Of a stretch of 64,000 nucleotides of DNA, positions 61,149 to 64,000 are shown one piece after another (the stretch's first letter is position 1; each line of letters begins with the position of its first letter). Under the pieces are notes generated by a model. That model did not search any database and was not told the origin of the DNA. It saw only the letters and a list, made by a program, of their open reading frames with translations. The translations under genes were made by a program, and so were the position numbers. Source of the DNA: Eutreptiella sp. 'Long Island Sound 2002' (lineage: Eukaryota; Protista; Euglenida); contig OZ038378.1 of assembly GCA_964036045.1 (NCBI GenBank), positions 157,728,001 to 157,792,000 of the forward strand, in the 5' to 3' direction.

Positions 61149-64000
61149 GAGGTGTTTTTGCTGCCCGTTTTGTGCCTGTTGTATGCCCTGTTCTTATGTG
61201 TGCCAATTGGAGCCTTTGGAAGGAGGTTGCCCACCAAGAGGGGAAATGGTCCGGTGGGTGTCCAAGACCAAGTGAAAACTCGCCCGGGCAACCTCCTCAC
61301 ACCCCGTGGTGTCAACACACTATCCGGATTTACCCACGAAAAGGGGGCGTTTTGGGGGGGCTGGTATTTCACCACCTGAATAATTGGCGCTGTGCCGGCG
61401 CTGTGCGCGTGCTGTGCGAAGACCCCCCCTATATCCAGATGCTTTGGTCCCCTCTTCTGTCGGGGGCCAGTGGTCACTGGTCGGTGGGATATCCGGGGGA
61501 GGGGGGGCGGCTGTCACTGTTGCATGATCTGATGGAGTGGAAGTGGGGGGTCGGGGTCTGCCTCTTGTGTGTCGAGGGGGGGGCGGTGGGAGGGGCGGCG
61601 TGTCCGTGGCTGCAGTGGTACCCGGGGATGGGGCATTCAGGTTGTGAGGTGTGTTTCAGGTCAGGTGATTGGCTGAGGGATTCGGGGGGTCTGTTATTGG
61701 CCACTGACGAGCGTCTGTCTCGTGTGCTGCTTGTGTGCTGCTAGCGCGTGCCCTTGCACTGCCATAACGCAGCTTTGTACTCGGGGGCGGAAGGGGGGCT
61801 CTGTGTGCAGCAAGAGACCGTGAGACAATGGGCGACAGTGATCGGACTGGACATCGCTTCAATGTTGGGATTGCCACGGGGCTTTGAATGACCCACTTGT
61901 GTTACTTTGCGCCGTTTCCCCCATCGCGACAGAAGCATTCCATGTATTTTTGCAGGTTTTACAGCTCCTTGACGAACGGGAGCTTCTTGACCCTGCGCCC
62001 ACTGACCGTCCCCTCTCGGTGACGATTGGCCCACTCTCCGGTACGCCTGTCTGCCCTTTTCTCCTCAGCAATCCCTGCACAGATGTTGTGAGGTTGATCA
62101 CACTTTCGGGGTCTGCAGGTGCTGACAGAAGGGCCGCCACCGTTCAGAAGGCCTGTCATGTTTCTGTGCCATGTCCCTTCGCTGGACAAACCGACAGATG
62201 TTTCACCACCGCTCTGAGGCTCGGCGTTGGGGTGCGGGGGGAAGTCCCTCGCGGTGCATGTGCATATGCTCCGAGGATCGCAGTGTTGGCCACCCCCCCA
62301 GCGTATTCAGCGCGAAAGTGTTCCGACAAAGAACTGGGCATTATTCGACGTCCCCGCGGTTGTACGGCGCATTTGTTCGTAAAATAGACACGCCACCAGC
62401 CTCCCCCGGGCCAGAGAGTTTGGTTCCACTCGATCGTGCGCTGAATGCTGCTGGTTTGTACCCCCCGCCCCCCGTGTTCAACGAATGCCTTGTCCAACGG
62501 ACACTTCCGTTCGGACCGTATTTTTGGGGGACCTGATTAATGAGGTCCTGGGGTTTGGGTACCGAATTAATTACGTACTGAACACCGTGTCCAACGAACA
62601 CTCTTGTTCAGACTGTATTCCCTGAGGACTTTATTGTTCACTAGACACGGGGGTGGGGTGGGGGGGTACTTTTGTTGGGGGGGGGGGGGGGTCAGCACAG
62701 CCCCAACACAACAACGACGGGGCTCCGCGAACGCGGAAACAACACCAGCAGGAGCACCGGCCGCAGCGGCCGACAGAACGCAGCGACCCGACGCAACATG
62801 CGAAGGGAAGGACGGGTGACTGTCCAGGGCCCCGTAAAGGAGCAACAACCCGACGGAATGTCACACAGGGGGTACCCTTTTGTTGGGGGGGGGGGGGGCG
62901 GTGCGCAAGTGCGGTACTACTGAGTGGCACGTTCTGACGACAGCTCTGGTCCTCTGCCAGGCACTAGTGGCGTGCCCAGTGACAGCCAGTCCAGTGTCCC
63001 GTGTACACTACACACACACACACCGCTGCACGGAGCGGCACGGCACGGACGTGCAGTCACATAAACCCCCACACCCCAGAGGTTCTGACCCAGGCAAGGC
63101 CCCCAGCTGTGACCCAGACAGGCACCAGACAGGAACGCTGACAGGCCCTCCAGGCTGAATGAGTGCAGACCTGTAATTCATACTGGGGCCACAGGTGACG
63201 ACGGGGGCCCTGGACTCATGCGGGTCTCCCTCTTTAATAGTGTTCTTCCCCTTCCACCACTACACACACACGTGCACGCACACAGGCTTGTTGTGCCTAT
63301 GCTTCTGCCAACGAGACGACCTGTCGCCTCCGCTGTGCCTTGAGCTGTGCCTTGGCGTCTTGGAATTACTGTACGTTTGTTCTGACTCCTGCAACCCGAT
63401 CCTGACCCTGGCCCTCTAATCCCCCCTTTGCCCTCCAAGTGCCCCCGATGTAGTTTCATGTTTGGTCCACCTCGTGTCAGTGAATTCTAAACGTCGCACC
63501 AAAACAGTTCTCTATTCTGCTGACACTGAGCCCTGCTACACTCGGTCATGTCGTATCTTGTGGCATTGCGTTTCGTGCCCCTGCACGTGGGGAGGCCTCT
63601 GGGGGTTGCAGGGGTGGTCAGGGCTGTGGAGGGCTGTGGAGCCCTGACATGCCGTGCGGCGCAGCCCCCGCGGCCGTACCATTTGAAGAGGGTTTCTGGG
63701 CCCTTGGGAATGCCATGCACGCAGTGCCACGCAGTGCGAAGTGGATGTGGATGCGAAGTGGATGTCGGCAAATACTCGCACCCTAGCTACCTTTTGGTGG
63801 TAAAACATTGATCCTGTGCCCTTGGTTTCCTATGAAGGAAAAGTGCTTCCAGGAATAGTCAAATATTTTTGGATTGTTCATTTTTCTGAAATGGATTCCG
63901 AGGAAACAATACGGTCACCACCAACCGTATTACTTTGGTAAGTATCCCAGCCTCTGCGTGCGCAGTGCGCATGCAGTGCCCACGCAGTGCGCACGCAGTG

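Noticed and set aside
58810-61390. Candidate TIRs for the second transposase (ATTTCACCA..TGA..AATT-like inverted similarity near 58820 and 61365)
   Set aside because: Similarity is too weak and no TSD was found
61699-61712. GGCCACTGACGAGC match to the hammerhead-like motif at 32444
   Set aside because: A 14-bp match is expected by chance within 64 kb, and there is no GAAA box or stem III

Overview
Eukaryotic, repeat-rich, GC-rich genomic window from a flagellated organism; the taxon cannot be determined from the sequence alone. The backbone is the 3' part of a + strand axonemal dynein heavy chain gene, most like the single-headed inner-arm DNAH6/IAD-5 class. I could chain 23 GT-AG exons with consistent phases from 6226 (AAA2) to the TAA stop at 56512. 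The AAA5 region is missing and probably lies in the 200-N gap at 39101-39300. The introns and flanks are packed with mobile DNA: (1) a complete but pseudogenised hAT transposon (1205-4154, 13-bp TIRs, perfect 8-bp TSD); (2) a near-intact Penelope-like retroelement with an N-terminal GIY-YIG nuclease, CxC linker and RT (Naiad/Chlamys architecture, about 28565-32470), with an unusual FRDN catalytic motif and a permuted hammerhead-like motif in its 3' UTR; (3) several hAT-type MITE families with 8-bp TSDs; (4) short non-coding retroposon-like families anchored at G/C homopolymer tracts, with 14-30 bp target duplications; (5) a second degenerate hAT-like transposase with a SAP-like tail (59131-61148); (6) large micro/minisatellite arrays. 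Most long ORFs in the supplied track are artefacts of these repeats. All calls come from reading the sequence by eye; no searches were run.
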